Assembly: GCA_965217585.1 (NCBI GenBank)
Contig: OZ244561.1
Span: forward strand, 3,360,001-3,424,000
DNA length: 64,000 nucleotides
Direction: 5' to 3'
Origin: Candidatus Latescibacterota bacterium
GTDB taxonomy: Bacteria > Latescibacterota > UBA2968 > UBA8231
Shown one piece after another: positions 39,424-50,173 of the stretch (the first letter of the stretch is position 1; every line of letters begins with the position of its first letter). The notes under the pieces were generated by a model that was not told where the DNA came from, did no database searches, and saw nothing but the letters and a program-made list of their open reading frames with translations. The position numbers and the translations under genes were made by a program.

Positions 39424-40905
39424 TCAGGGACGGTGGACGGTCACAGCTCTTTTGAAGCAGTCGTGACGCCACAAAAGCACCTCGACAGTCCGCTCGGCCG
39501 CCGGGTACAGCAGGGTCTTTTCTTCGGCGAAGTAGATGCTAAAGTTCTTCAGCCGCTCGTCGCCGTGGCGGCCGGCATTCCACTGCTGGCACAGGTAGCG
39601 GCCGTAGTAAAATCGGTAGCTCTCGTGCTGCTTGTGCGCCAGCGTCAGCAGAAACTTTCTCCACCGATAATTGACAAAATAAGCCGAGCCGTCTCGGGGC
39701 TTCTTCCTCTCAGGCGGTGTTATGGTCCGGCGGTACACATCCACGGCCGTCCCGTCCGCCAAGAGGCCGGGCATGATGAACCAGCCATTGGATTGCGAGG
39801 GCCTTGGCGCGAACATGTCCCAAGTCTGCTCTAGCTGAACTAGCTCGCCGATCCACTTGAGCGAGGCGGGCATGGAAAAGGGCGTTTGCGGCAGGGACGT
39901 TGCGTTCCAAGCTGCGGTGTAGAGCAGAAAGAATGCGCATGCCACCGAGCCAATGCGGCCGGCCCGCTGGGACGGGGGTCGCAAGGGCAGAAACGCGCGG
40001 ACAAACTCGCTGAGCTTTGCACCCTTGGCGGCGATGCGCCGGCCCAGCCAGTCCCACGCCAGGGCCGGAATAAAGGGAATCAAGGCCACCGCGCCGATCC
40101 AAGGGAAGAGGCCGATTTTTAGGCACAGGCCAAAAGCCAAGTGCATGAGGGCGAAAGCCGGCAGGAGCAACCCGCGCAGCGCGGTGGAAAATACGGGGCA
40201 GAAGAGGAAGAAAGGGGCCACGAGTTCAAAGTGATAGACGAGGCGAGTCAGCACCGGCAGTAGATCGCTCCACTGCCGCAGCCACGCGCCGACGGGAGTC
40301 ACCATATAGTCGAGTTGGAGCGCGTAGTGAATGGCCGTGCCATCGACTCGCCACTCGTCGCCGGTTTTGAACAGGGCACTGCACACGTACACCATGGCCA
40401 CTTGGATGAGCAGCGCGGCACTGCCCACGGAAAGGTGCCGGTTTGGGGGGCTAGGACGCGGGTTGAGCACGGCGTCTAGCGAGCAGCGAGCGCCCAGCGG
40501 CAGAAAGAGGGACCAAAAAAACAGCACCCGCAATAAGGTGTCCCCGGCTTGCAGCAGAGGCGGGGTGCGCACGTGGATGGACGCCAACAAGACAAACGCC
40601 CAAAACGCGGCCAACCGAGTGCGATAACCCAACAGCAAGGCTACTAGTGATGCACCTGCGACGAGGAAGAGTGCGGCCTGAATGGCACTGTCGCCGCTCA
40701 GCATATGCAGCGAGACGACCGTCTTGGTGCGGTAGTACTCGAGGGCCGCTTGGCGCGGAAAGGTCCCTTGGTCCGTGTAGAACGCTACCAAGTCGCCTGC
40801 TCTGATGACGAGGTCAGCGAGGCCCAAGGTGGCCAAGGCCACGCGCCAGAGCGCGAGGGAGCGCAGATCGACGGCGAAGACGTTGTGGATGCTATCCCGT
40901 GTCAT
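39424..40905 (-). CDS. HTTM domain membrane protein (vitamin K-dependent carboxylase-like)
   Basis: DLRSLALWRV, LLLGYRTR, GDTLLR...LFLPLG, QTWDMFAP and NYRWRK. Confidence 0.85.
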   Translation of the reverse strand: MTRDSIHNVFAVDLRSLALWRVALATLGLADLVIRAGDLVAFYTDQGTFPRQAALEYYRTKTVVSLHMLSGDSAIQAALFLVAGASLVALLLGYRTRLAAFWAFVLLASIHVRTPPLLQAGDTLLRVLFFWSLFLPLGARCSLDAVLNPRPSPPNRHLSVGSAALLIQVAMVYVCSALFKTGDEWRVDGTAIHYALQLDYMVTPVGAWLRQWSDLLPVLTRLVYHFELVAPFFLFCPVFSTALRGLLLPAFALMHLAFGLCLKIGLFPWIGAVALIPFIPALAWDWLGRRIAAKGAKLSEFVRAFLPLRPPSQRAGRIGSVACAFFLLYTAAWNATSLPQTPFSMPASLKWIGELVQLEQTWDMFAPRPSQSNGWFIMPGLLADGTAVDVYRRTITPPERKKPRDGSAYFVNYRWRKFLLTLAHKQHESYRFYYGRYLCQQWNAGRHGDERLKNFSIYFAEEKTLLYPAAERTVEVLLWRHDCFKRAVTVHRP

Positions 40906-40947
40906 TCTAATTTGTTACCTAGCAAAAGTTGAATTAAATTCCGTCAA

Positions 40948-42948
40948 TTGAGGAAGCAATACAATCCCAGAGGAGCACACGCCTTGCGAGCACCCAGATG
41001 GCGACCCCTAGCCAGCGCCGCGCTGCTGGCCGTGATCTTTTGGAGCAACGCCGATGCCGAGTTGCGGACATGGGGGATCAACGAGGGCGATCGGAGTTGG
41101 CAATCGGCGTCGCGGGCCACTACGGCCATTGATTTCAGCGTACCTGGCGCGATCCAGATAGCCGGATTCGAGCCGACGGACAACATCATCCAAGCCCTCA
41201 CGTGGGTTTCGGCCTTCCCCATAGAAGGGTACATCCCCGAGCGCCCTCAAGCCCATATCTGGAATAACTACCCGCTCAAGGAATCGGATATTCCCCTCGT
41301 GGATGGCGACCCTAACACCTCCACCGGGGACCGCTTCAAACGCTTTGGCTCCAATCAAGCGGGTCGACGTTTTTCCCTCGATTTAGGGAGCCGCTTCCCA
41401 GTCAACCGCATCATTTTTTTTCCGCGTCTCACCGGCGTTGACGACGAGGGCATTCCCTATTGGGAGGATTACGTCCGGGGCTACGAGCTATACGTCAACA
41501 ACGGCCTCGAATTCGGCGAAGACAACCAGCCCATCTACCAGCTTATGAAGCGGGTGGAATTCTCCCGCGACAGCATCGCCGTAGTCGAATTCCCCAACCA
41601 ATTCATCCGCTATGTCGGGCTGCGGGTGCTGTCGAAAAACCCCTTTGAGATCGCCGAGATCGAAATCTACGGCTCGGGTTTCGTGCCCAAGGGGGAGTAC
41701 CTGTCCAAGGTCATCGACCTCGGCGAACCCACCAACTTCGGCATCCTGAACTGGAGCGCGGTCTCGCTGCGGGTTGATGCAGCCACTGGTGACTTAGTTG
41801 AGACGCCCCAAGCAGATGTTTCCCTCAGTTTTCAGATGCGCTCGGGACTGGACGATTCGCCAGAGGTCTATTACGAGATTACCAACAAGTTCCTCAACGA
41901 GCTAACCGTAGTTACCGAGGACGCCTATAAGTCCCTGACCGCTGATGTCAAAGGCGGCATTGAGGCCGATCAAGTAAACTGGAGCACTTGGTCGGAGCCG
42001 TTCACCGTTTCGGGTCAGGCAGTCATGCTGCCTAGTCCGCGACGATTCGTCCAGTTCCGCGTCATCATGGAAAGCGGCCGGATCTCAGATGGCCTGCGCG
42101 TTGGCGACCTGACCTTGGAAATTGCCTCCCCCCCCTTGGCGCGGAGGTTGTTCGGCGAAATTTCCCTGCTGGCCGACCCCGCGCCCCAAGACGGTTTTGC
42201 CATGGTGCCCGTGGGTGTGCCCTCCCGATTTGCGTACGACCTGTTGGCCGATGTCCGCGACGCGGATGTGGGGATTGACGCGCTGCGGATTACCACGCCA
42301 ACGCGCCCGACCTTTGTCGAGCTTTTGATGGGTGCCGACGAGAGCAACCTGACTCCGGTCGTCCCCAGTGCCGTCGAAGAGGGGTCTGACGGCCTGACCT
42401 TGTATTTCCCGGAAAATCGGATCGCCGCCCCGACCTCGCTGCGGGTGATTTTCGACGCCGAGTTGCTCGTACAGTCCACGTTTTTCAATGCCCAAGCCCT
42501 AGACACCGAGAGCGAGGAATTGCCCCAGCCGGTCTTGCCTCCGCCCCGTCCTTTACGCCCCATTGACGATCCCAACTCGCAGGTTACGACCAATAAGCTG
42601 CAAGTCCTCACGTCGCCCGATTCGCGGAACGATGTGCTGCGCATCGCGGCATTTGGCACCCGGGTGATAACCCCCAACGGCGATGGAGTAAACGATCAAA
42701 TCGCCATTCAATACAGCCTGCTACAGCTCCTCGAAGACGCCCCCAACACGCTGGAGATTTTCGACTTAGCGGGCCGACGCGTGTACGCCTTCCGCGAGGA
42801 TCGGGGCCGAGGCCCACATACCGCCACTTGGGATGGCCGCGACGCGGATGGCCGCTTGGTTCCCGTGGGGCTGTATCTGCTCAGGGTCGCAGTCGAAGGA
42901 GCCGTGGAATCCTTCGCCGAGACCCGCACCATAGGGGTTGTGTACTAA
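40948..42948 (+). CDS. Secreted protein with discoidin-like domain and C-terminal FlgD-Ig/TPNGDG domain (1)
   Basis: Signal peptide (ADA); LVDGDPNT and SLDLG; TPNGDGVND...IFDLAGRRV...WDGRD...GLYL...GVVY*. Start uncertain. Confidence 0.78.
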   Translation: MRKQYNPRGAHALRAPRWRPLASAALLAVIFWSNADAELRTWGINEGDRSWQSASRATTAIDFSVPGAIQIAGFEPTDNIIQALTWVSAFPIEGYIPERPQAHIWNNYPLKESDIPLVDGDPNTSTGDRFKRFGSNQAGRRFSLDLGSRFPVNRIIFFPRLTGVDDEGIPYWEDYVRGYELYVNNGLEFGEDNQPIYQLMKRVEFSRDSIAVVEFPNQFIRYVGLRVLSKNPFEIAEIEIYGSGFVPKGEYLSKVIDLGEPTNFGILNWSAVSLRVDAATGDLVETPQADVSLSFQMRSGLDDSPEVYYEITNKFLNELTVVTEDAYKSLTADVKGGIEADQVNWSTWSEPFTVSGQAVMLPSPRRFVQFRVIMESGRISDGLRVGDLTLEIASPPLARRLFGEISLLADPAPQDGFAMVPVGVPSRFAYDLLADVRDADVGIDALRITTPTRPTFVELLMGADESNLTPVVPSAVEEGSDGLTLYFPENRIAAPTSLRVIFDAELLVQSTFFNAQALDTESEELPQPVLPPPRPLRPIDDPNSQVTTNKLQVLTSPDSRNDVLRIAAFGTRVITPNGDGVNDQIAIQYSLLQLLEDAPNTLEIFDLAGRRVYAFREDRGRGPHTATWDGRDADGRLVPVGLYLLRVAVEGAVESFAETRTIGVVY

Positions 42949-45050
42949 TGTTGCGGCGAATCGCACTGTTGGCCGCCCTCTGGGCTTGGCAGACGCAGCC
43001 AGCGTGGGCGCAGGAGCTGTGGAAGCTAGGGGGGCAAGGCGGCCGTTCCTGGGCCGAGACCGCCGACCTCAACGTGATGGGCGACGCAACTAGCGTGCCC
43101 GGCGCGCTGCAGCCGTGGGAGCTGCGGCCCGACGTCAGCTTCCTCCCGCTAGTGTCTCAGCGCTTTACTTGGGATCGCTGGCAGTTTCCGCTCAATCCGT
43201 TCTGGACGGAGGGTATTCCTCGGCTCTGGCGGGGGCCTGGCAACCAGCAGTTCGCCCAGCAGTTCCAGCCCATCGCCGCGTACGTTGACGGCAATTATCA
43301 GACCTTCAATTGGAACACCAACTTCGGCCCCGGCGGCAACAAGACCAATAGCGAATTTTACACGATTGACCCAGGTGCTCCCGTGCCGCTAGAGCGCTTT
43401 GAGATCCACCTGCCGCCCGAATTCGAGCCCGCAACCGGCGTGGCCAACCCAGACTGCTGCGATCAGTTTGGCAAGCCCTGGACCCACTACATCCCCCATC
43501 AAGGCGAGTTGACGGGCAGCCTCATTGAGACCACGGATATGCTGCTCGAAGGCCGCGGCGAAAACCGCTACGGCGAGTCCTATAAGCCCCTGCCGATCCC
43601 TTTAGGCAGCGTGGAGCAGCACTTAGTCGCCCCCATCATCATCGACTTTCCGCTGCAATACCTGCGCTTCGTGCGTTGGCGCACCTTCCCGGACAACCCG
43701 GATGCTCCCGGGGTGAAGATCAACTTTGCCCTCGCGTATGGCGAGTTCGAGCTGTACGGCCGCGGCTTCGCTGGCCAGACTCGCTACGTAAGCCACATCC
43801 AAGACTTGGGGCAGCCGGCGACGCTAGGGAGGGTGTTCATGGCGGTCAGCAAGTGGCGGCGACAAGGCGCTGGGTGGAGCGAAACCGCAGACGGCGAGCG
43901 CCGCTGGCAAGTAGGCGAATTGGTCGAAGCACCGGACGCCGAGGTGGACGTCGTCTTCCGCCTCAAGAACGGCACGGACGCCGATCCCCTGATGTATTTC
44001 ACTTGGAATGACCAAGGCGAATTTCACGAGGTCGAGCGGACTGCGTGGGACGGACTCAAGTCGCGGGCCAACGACAGCGACCCGAACTTCGTCGGCTGGC
44101 GGGGGCCTGTCACCGAGGATCGAGAAGAGTGGGCACCTTGGTCTGGCCCGGTGAATCAATCCGGCACGCGCCTCGACCTGCCCAGCCGTCGGTTCTTCCG
44201 GCTAGAGCTGCAAATGACGACTGCCAGCCCGGTAGAAATGGCGCGGGTGGATTCGCTGTCCATTGAATTATTTCCCTTGCTAGTTCCCACCTTGGTGGGC
44301 GAGGTCGGCCTGCCCGGCGACTCCCTCGCAATACTGGCCCAAGTGCCCATAGGCGAGCCGACCGAGTTCGCATACGCCATCCGCGCCGGCTTTGGCGGCG
44401 AGACAGTAGCTGGCTTCGACGCCTTGCACATCGCCACGCCGGCCGAGCCAGAGTTCCTATATCTAAGGGATGCTGCCGACGAGGCCGTCCAGCCCGATTC
44501 CTCGTGGAGCGATGCCGAGGGCTTGACCTTGTATCTGCCAGAGCCGATCCGCGCCGACGAGACCCTGCGAATCGGCTTCAAGACCGCGGTCTATACGGTC
44601 TCGGCCCAGTTGCGCGGCGAGGTCTTCAACCGCGCCAATAGCGTCTTGCGCCAGCAGGTTGAAGAAGGCGATGCAGTCGCCGCGATCGGCACCCAACAGC
44701 TACAAGTGGTTGCAGCGGGGGGCGCCGTCGAGCAGGTCGTCGGCGGGCTGGAAATAGTGCCCCGCACGTTCACGCCCAACGGAGACGGCCACAACGACCT
44801 GCTGGAAATTAAGTACACCTTGTTCGGGGTTTTGGACGCGGCCGTGGAGATCACGTTTTTCACGCTCGCGGGCGAACCCGTAGATCGCATTATCGCCGAG
44901 CACCAAGGCGGTGGTGTCCACACCGCATTGTGGGCTGGTCGCAACGCGGCCGGCCGCCCATTTAGACCAGGGTTGTACTTGTGCCAAGTGCAGGCCCAGA
45001 CCGGCCGGGGGCGCTTTGAACGCACCCAGTCGGTGGCTTTGGTCTATTAA
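42948..45050 (+). CDS. Secreted protein with C-terminal FlgD-Ig/TPNGDG domain (2)
   Basis: ATG overlaps the upstream TAA; signal peptide (AWA-Q); FTPNGDGHND...WAGRN...GLYL...ALVY*. Confidence 0.8.
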   Translation: MLRRIALLAALWAWQTQPAWAQELWKLGGQGGRSWAETADLNVMGDATSVPGALQPWELRPDVSFLPLVSQRFTWDRWQFPLNPFWTEGIPRLWRGPGNQQFAQQFQPIAAYVDGNYQTFNWNTNFGPGGNKTNSEFYTIDPGAPVPLERFEIHLPPEFEPATGVANPDCCDQFGKPWTHYIPHQGELTGSLIETTDMLLEGRGENRYGESYKPLPIPLGSVEQHLVAPIIIDFPLQYLRFVRWRTFPDNPDAPGVKINFALAYGEFELYGRGFAGQTRYVSHIQDLGQPATLGRVFMAVSKWRRQGAGWSETADGERRWQVGELVEAPDAEVDVVFRLKNGTDADPLMYFTWNDQGEFHEVERTAWDGLKSRANDSDPNFVGWRGPVTEDREEWAPWSGPVNQSGTRLDLPSRRFFRLELQMTTASPVEMARVDSLSIELFPLLVPTLVGEVGLPGDSLAILAQVPIGEPTEFAYAIRAGFGGETVAGFDALHIATPAEPEFLYLRDAADEAVQPDSSWSDAEGLTLYLPEPIRADETLRIGFKTAVYTVSAQLRGEVFNRANSVLRQQVEEGDAVAAIGTQQLQVVAAGGAVEQVVGGLEIVPRTFTPNGDGHNDLLEIKYTLFGVLDAAVEITFFTLAGEPVDRIIAEHQGGGVHTALWAGRNAAGRPFRPGLYLCQVQAQTGRGRFERTQSVALVY

Positions 45051-45153
45051 ATTCACCGCACCGCTTCACCCTGCCTGTCCTGCCGACGTCACCGCGCCTT
45101 TAGGCGTGACAAGGCAGGGTAAGCAGGCAGGACAAGCGAGACAACGAGCAAGC

Positions 45154-47478
45154 ATGAACCGGATCGCCGTGTTTCCTCTGCTGATGGCTCTGCTGGCGGG
45201 TAGTGCCGCTTGGGGCCAGCACCAAGCCTATCGCCTAGATCGTCAGGCTCAATGGGAGGAATGGACCTTCCCCCCAGGTCTCCTCCAATTCGACCCGGAC
45301 GGTGCCTTCACGCTTGTCGCGTTCCCAGATACGGTCAATGCCGCACTGGATTCTCCCGAGTACACGCATTCAGGAGCGGGCAACAAAGAAATCCAAGGCG
45401 GCGTGTGGCGGGCAGGCTCTACGGCCCGCGCGGCCGGGATCGCCGCTGGCAACATCATTGACGGCGACTACCAAACCCTGTGGAAACCCGACCCGGACGC
45501 CCCGCTTGAGGACTGGTGGATTGAGGTCGATCTAGGGCGCGTGGTGCCGCTAACTAAGATCCGGCTCGTTTTCCCCGACGAGGAGGGCGCGCGGCCCCTG
45601 CGCGACTTCCGGGTCTTTGGGACGCGGGGCTACCGCGAAGCCATTAGCCAGGATCTGTTTGCGTACAGCGTGTTGGGCGGGACCACCCGCTACAACGACC
45701 AGACGGTCGTGGAATACGAACTCAGCCCTTGGCGGGAATTGACCACGCGCATCTTGTACACGGGCTTGGAAAGCGCCACGGATGTAGCGCCCTCGCCTTT
45801 CCAGCCCGTGCAGTACATCCGCATCCGGGCCGATTCCAAGAGCGAGGACGCCGCCCTCGCCGAGGTAGAAGCCCACACCTTCGGCGAGAACGTGGCCTTA
45901 CAGGCCATCCGGCGGGGTGGCCAAGTGGAGGAACAGTCCGGCCGCGGTGTGGTGTTGATAGACGGCGATCAAAACACGAGTTGGGCACAATCCGTCACTG
46001 GGGGCCGCGATGTAATCTGGATGCTGGACCTCGGCGCGCGCTATTGGGTCAAGAACATCCTCATGCTGGGGGCGGAAAAGCGCGGCTATGCGGTCGGCGA
46101 CATGGTTGAGGATCACCTGCTGCTAGGCTCGGCCGAAGAGAGCAAGCTGGAGGTCGGCGACATAGATTTTGCCGTGATCCACGAGTTTCTCACGCCCCTC
46201 GGCGGGGGCCGCTACGATCTCCAGTACTTCCTGCCCACGCCGCGCGCCTTCCGCTATTTGGCCGGGGTTTACAAAAACCGCAACGGGGATATGTCTGAGA
46301 TCATGGTCGTTCCCACCGGACACGTGGCTGGGGTGGCCTTAGAATCCGGCTTCATTGACCTCGGGGAATTCACTGGAGACAGGCGCTCCAAGCAGATCTT
46401 GGGGATCCACTGGGATGCCGATCAACCCGAAGGCACTCGCGTATTGGTGCGGAGCCGCACCGGCCACCGGCTAACCGATAAAATTGCTTACTACAAAAAG
46501 GACGGGACCCTGCTGCCCGACAAAGCAGCCTACGAGAGCACGAACAAATTCCTGCGCGGCGAGACCGACACCAGCATTGTCGCCGGCCCCGACTGGAGTG
46601 CTTGGAGCACGGAGTACCTCGAACCGGGCATTTTCCTCTCGTCGAGTCCGCGGCGACTGTTGCAACTCCAACTCCTGCTCACTTCGGATCGCCCCGAAGC
46701 GGCCCCGACCGTGAGGCACCTCGAAGTGCGATTCACCGACGCCTTAATAAGGGGCATTGAAGGCCGCATCGCGCCCCAATCAGCTACCCCGGGTGTGCCC
46801 ACAACCTTTACCTACGAGCTGTGGGGCGACTTCACAGAGGGCGGCGGCTTTGACCAGCTCCTCTTTGCAACCCCGTCCCGAATCGATCCCGACAGCCTCC
46901 AAGTGTGGGTGGGTGGCGTCGCACTGCCCGCAGTGGAGTGGGAGCAGGCCGCGGCCGACTCCCTGTTGATTCAGCTACCGCAGGTCGTGGAGCAAGCCGC
47001 GGATACCGTGCGGGTGCAGTTGCGCGTGCAGATAGAGCAAAACCCCACGCTGTTCCGAACCTTTGTGGCCCGCACCGAGGTGCCCGATCTGTGGCAGGAG
47101 GTGCTGCCCACTAACAGCGTGCCACGCGCGACCCAAGTTTTCTTCCCAGACGTCCCCCAGCCCGACCGCTTGCTTGCCAATCTCTCGGTTGCGCCTCGCA
47201 TTGCCACTCCCAACGGAGACGGGATTGGCGACCAAGTCCAGATACGCTTTTTGGTCCTGAATGTGGAGGTCGAGCCAGAGGTGTGGATCTATTCGTTGGA
47301 TGGACGGCGCGTCCGCCGCCTCGACGGGGGCCGCGCAGCCGCGGGCTACTCGTACACTTGGTCGGGCCGCGACGAGGCGAACCGCCTGAGTCCACCCGGC
47401 CTCTACGTGTGCCACATTCGCCTTAAAACTCAACTCGGGGAACAACAAATCAGCCGGACTATTGGCCTCGCGTACTAA
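45154..47478 (+). CDS. Secreted protein with F5/8-like domains and C-terminal FlgD-Ig/TPNGDG domain (3)
   Basis: Signal peptide; IIDGDYQTLW..IEVDLG and IDGDQNTSW..LDLG; TPNGDG...YSLDGRRV...WSGRD...GLY...GLAY*. Confidence 0.8.
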   Translation: MNRIAVFPLLMALLAGSAAWGQHQAYRLDRQAQWEEWTFPPGLLQFDPDGAFTLVAFPDTVNAALDSPEYTHSGAGNKEIQGGVWRAGSTARAAGIAAGNIIDGDYQTLWKPDPDAPLEDWWIEVDLGRVVPLTKIRLVFPDEEGARPLRDFRVFGTRGYREAISQDLFAYSVLGGTTRYNDQTVVEYELSPWRELTTRILYTGLESATDVAPSPFQPVQYIRIRADSKSEDAALAEVEAHTFGENVALQAIRRGGQVEEQSGRGVVLIDGDQNTSWAQSVTGGRDVIWMLDLGARYWVKNILMLGAEKRGYAVGDMVEDHLLLGSAEESKLEVGDIDFAVIHEFLTPLGGGRYDLQYFLPTPRAFRYLAGVYKNRNGDMSEIMVVPTGHVAGVALESGFIDLGEFTGDRRSKQILGIHWDADQPEGTRVLVRSRTGHRLTDKIAYYKKDGTLLPDKAAYESTNKFLRGETDTSIVAGPDWSAWSTEYLEPGIFLSSSPRRLLQLQLLLTSDRPEAAPTVRHLEVRFTDALIRGIEGRIAPQSATPGVPTTFTYELWGDFTEGGGFDQLLFATPSRIDPDSLQVWVGGVALPAVEWEQAAADSLLIQLPQVVEQAADTVRVQLRVQIEQNPTLFRTFVARTEVPDLWQEVLPTNSVPRATQVFFPDVPQPDRLLANLSVAPRIATPNGDGIGDQVQIRFLVLNVEVEPEVWIYSLDGRRVRRLDGGRAAAGYSYTWSGRDEANRLSPPGLYVCHIRLKTQLGEQQISRTIGLAY

Positions 47479-47500
47479 GTTCCAGACCTCAGGAGGCACT

Positions 47501-50173
47501 ATGTACAACAAGAGATGGGATGCACTCATCTTGTTGAGCGCGATTTTAGGCGTTTCCTCTGTGGTAGCCCAGCCGCCCAAAGCCTTCAGGGAAATATCCG
47601 AACCCGGGGTGTATGGCACTCGCATCCAACCGGGCGCGCTGGCCCCCACGCTGAGGAAGTGGTACCTACCTCAGCAGCTTTACTACGAGTACCGCTGGCG
47701 CGGCTGGGAGTACAGCAACTACGCCCGCGAACACTACCAGCGCTACGTGAGCATTCTGCTCGAAGGCACGCGCCAATACGATCCCTTGGGCAACTACATC
47801 GCCCGCGGGTGGCGGATATACGATTGGACCGAGAATAACCCCCAGTCCTTTGGTAGCGAGATATTCAAAAGCCCGCGCTTTGGCCGCTTTTTCAGCAGCT
47901 TGGTCATCTCCTCGGCCAGCAAGGGCCAGTTTCACTCGACGCTCACGGTGGGCGACGCCATCCGCACCACCCTGACGCCCCTGACGTTTTCCAAGCCCTC
48001 TTTTAACGGTTTGCAATGGGACTTCCTGTCCGACAAGTACGCGGCGACCTTGATCGCGTCGCGGGTTAGCTCGCCTGGCTTTGGCGCGATAACCCAGAGT
48101 TCCACCGGCAATACAGCCGTGAGTTCCACGCGGCTGTTGGGGGGGAGAGGACTGGCGCAGGTGGGGGACTTCGGCGAGATCGGCTTTACTTGGGTGAATG
48201 CCCATAACGCGGACAGCGAGTTCAACCTGGGCCAGAATTCGCTCAAAGGCGTGCTGACGCGGCCGCAGAACTTGGGCAACGTGGAAGAGGTCATCATCCG
48301 CATCTCCGACGATTCGCCCGAGTCTCCGGCCGAAGGGGCGGTTATCTTCTTGGAGCGAATCCTGATTGACGGCCAAGTGCAAGAGGGCATCGTGCCGCTG
48401 GTGGAAGGAGGCATACGGGAAGACGGGGTGCTCAAGGCCAAGGGCACAGACGCCATCCTGCTGACCTACGACATCCGCAATGACTTTCAGCCCACCGAAG
48501 CGACCCCCAGCTTCAAGGACGTCGAGAAGATGGAATTTGAGCTGATCATGGCCAACGACTACCGGGTGGAAATCAGCTCCAACAAACAGCTCGACCGGCT
48601 CGGCAACGAGGTCTTTCTACCGGTCTTTCAGGCTGAGCACAACATCACGGACGGGTCGAATCAGCGCTTTCTCCGCTTCGAGTACGGCCTACCCACAGCT
48701 ACGGAACTGATCGGCCTCGACTTCAATATCAAAAACTTCAAGGGCTTTGACCTGAGAACCGAGTACGTGGTCAATCGGCGCTTTCAGCGATTCCCCAACC
48801 AGAACTTCCAGCGCATAATAGATGGCAGATTCCGCAAGCTACCTCCCACGCGGGAAACTGCCCAAGCCTTTTACCTGACTTCGTCCTATTCGCGGTATCC
48901 GTTCTTTGCCTACGGCGAGTCGTTCTATTTGGATCCCGACTACAGCACTACGGCCTTTATGTCCGACGCCGGCGGCAACATCGACTACGGCAATGCCACC
49001 CGGCATTTGTTTGAGTTCGTCGATGACAACGACGACCAAGACATAAACCCGGATTGGATGCGCCAATCTCAAGGCGTCACCGTAACGCTGACCGAGGAAC
49101 TGGGCACTGGCTCTGGAGGGGATCGCCAGGTCTTTCCCGGTCTCGACGAAAACAACGATTTCATTTCGGACTTCAACCAGAACCAAAACAACAAACCCGA
49201 CTACGCCGAACCCTTCCTGCGCTACGCGGTTGATACGCCCGAGTTTCTCTTCGGCATGGACATGAACAACAACACCATCATCGACCGCTACGAAGACGAC
49301 TTGGTGGCCGACTTGCCGTATGAGCGCGACCGCACTGGGTACAACGCATACGCCGGCTTGGCCCTCAGCGAGGACATCAACTTGGTCTTGGGCCAACTGC
49401 GCCAGCGCCAGATCAGCAGCGGCAACCGCAACCACACCAGCTACGGGCTGTTGACCGCTGAGTGGGATTTCCCCGGCCTGCAAATCGCCGTTTTTGAACA
49501 GGCCCGCCGCACCCAAGACACCATCCGCGAAGATCGGCTTATATGGAAGGACCCCGAGGGCCAGCTACCTTTCAACGACCCGCTCGATGCCCAAGACACG
49601 TTCATCAACAGCTTCTACACACACGCCAAGTACACGCCGCTGCCCAACCTCCACGTGACGTCCAAGCTGAAGTTTGAAAAGTTTTTCCAGCAAGGCAAAG
49701 AGGCCGAGCGCAAGCGCGACCGCTCCTTTTTCGGCTTGATCAACAAGGCCGATTACGAACTCAAGCCCTTTGCCACCCTGACCCTGTGGCCCAAGTTCAA
49801 GAGCATCTACCGGCGTCAGCTTCCCTCCATCCGAGCCGTGCCCAAGGAACTGAGCATTTCCCGCGACCGCGAGGAGATCCTCTTTTTGGTCACCCGCTAC
49901 AACTTTCTACCGCAGACTTGGGTCGATATTGGGCTGGAGTTCAGCAATTTCGACAACCTGAAGGAGCAGCAGAACTTGCGCTCGGGCGAGGAGGACGACT
50001 TCAACAGCTTCGTCTTTGCCTTTGTATTTTCCAATACCTCGGCGTACATAGGCTACAAACTCACCCTGAACGCCGGGTTTCAACGCGAACAAAAAAACTT
50101 CGACAAAGGCGACCTCAACATAACGGAGACCGTGGCCTTTGTCCGCCTATTTGCCGCTACCGGAGACCTCTAA
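47501..50173 (+). CDS. Large exported hypothetical protein, probable outer-membrane beta-barrel
   Basis: AGGAGG RBS and signal peptide; aromatic-rich alternating strands; acidic DxNxN loops (DENNDFISD, DMNNNTIID). Confidence 0.6.
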   Translation: MYNKRWDALILLSAILGVSSVVAQPPKAFREISEPGVYGTRIQPGALAPTLRKWYLPQQLYYEYRWRGWEYSNYAREHYQRYVSILLEGTRQYDPLGNYIARGWRIYDWTENNPQSFGSEIFKSPRFGRFFSSLVISSASKGQFHSTLTVGDAIRTTLTPLTFSKPSFNGLQWDFLSDKYAATLIASRVSSPGFGAITQSSTGNTAVSSTRLLGGRGLAQVGDFGEIGFTWVNAHNADSEFNLGQNSLKGVLTRPQNLGNVEEVIIRISDDSPESPAEGAVIFLERILIDGQVQEGIVPLVEGGIREDGVLKAKGTDAILLTYDIRNDFQPTEATPSFKDVEKMEFELIMANDYRVEISSNKQLDRLGNEVFLPVFQAEHNITDGSNQRFLRFEYGLPTATELIGLDFNIKNFKGFDLRTEYVVNRRFQRFPNQNFQRIIDGRFRKLPPTRETAQAFYLTSSYSRYPFFAYGESFYLDPDYSTTAFMSDAGGNIDYGNATRHLFEFVDDNDDQDINPDWMRQSQGVTVTLTEELGTGSGGDRQVFPGLDENNDFISDFNQNQNNKPDYAEPFLRYAVDTPEFLFGMDMNNNTIIDRYEDDLVADLPYERDRTGYNAYAGLALSEDINLVLGQLRQRQISSGNRNHTSYGLLTAEWDFPGLQIAVFEQARRTQDTIREDRLIWKDPEGQLPFNDPLDAQDTFINSFYTHAKYTPLPNLHVTSKLKFEKFFQQGKEAERKRDRSFFGLINKADYELKPFATLTLWPKFKSIYRRQLPSIRAVPKELSISRDREEILFLVTRYNFLPQTWVDIGLEFSNFDNLKEQQNLRSGEEDDFNSFVFAFVFSNTSAYIGYKLTLNAGFQREQKNFDKGDLNITETVAFVRLFAATGDL

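Noticed and set aside
30893-50172. Long 5' extensions of ORFs 30893, 42828, 44911 and 49786
   Set aside because: They overlap upstream genes; internal starts with RBS or signal peptides (31259, 42948, 45154, 50173) fit better.
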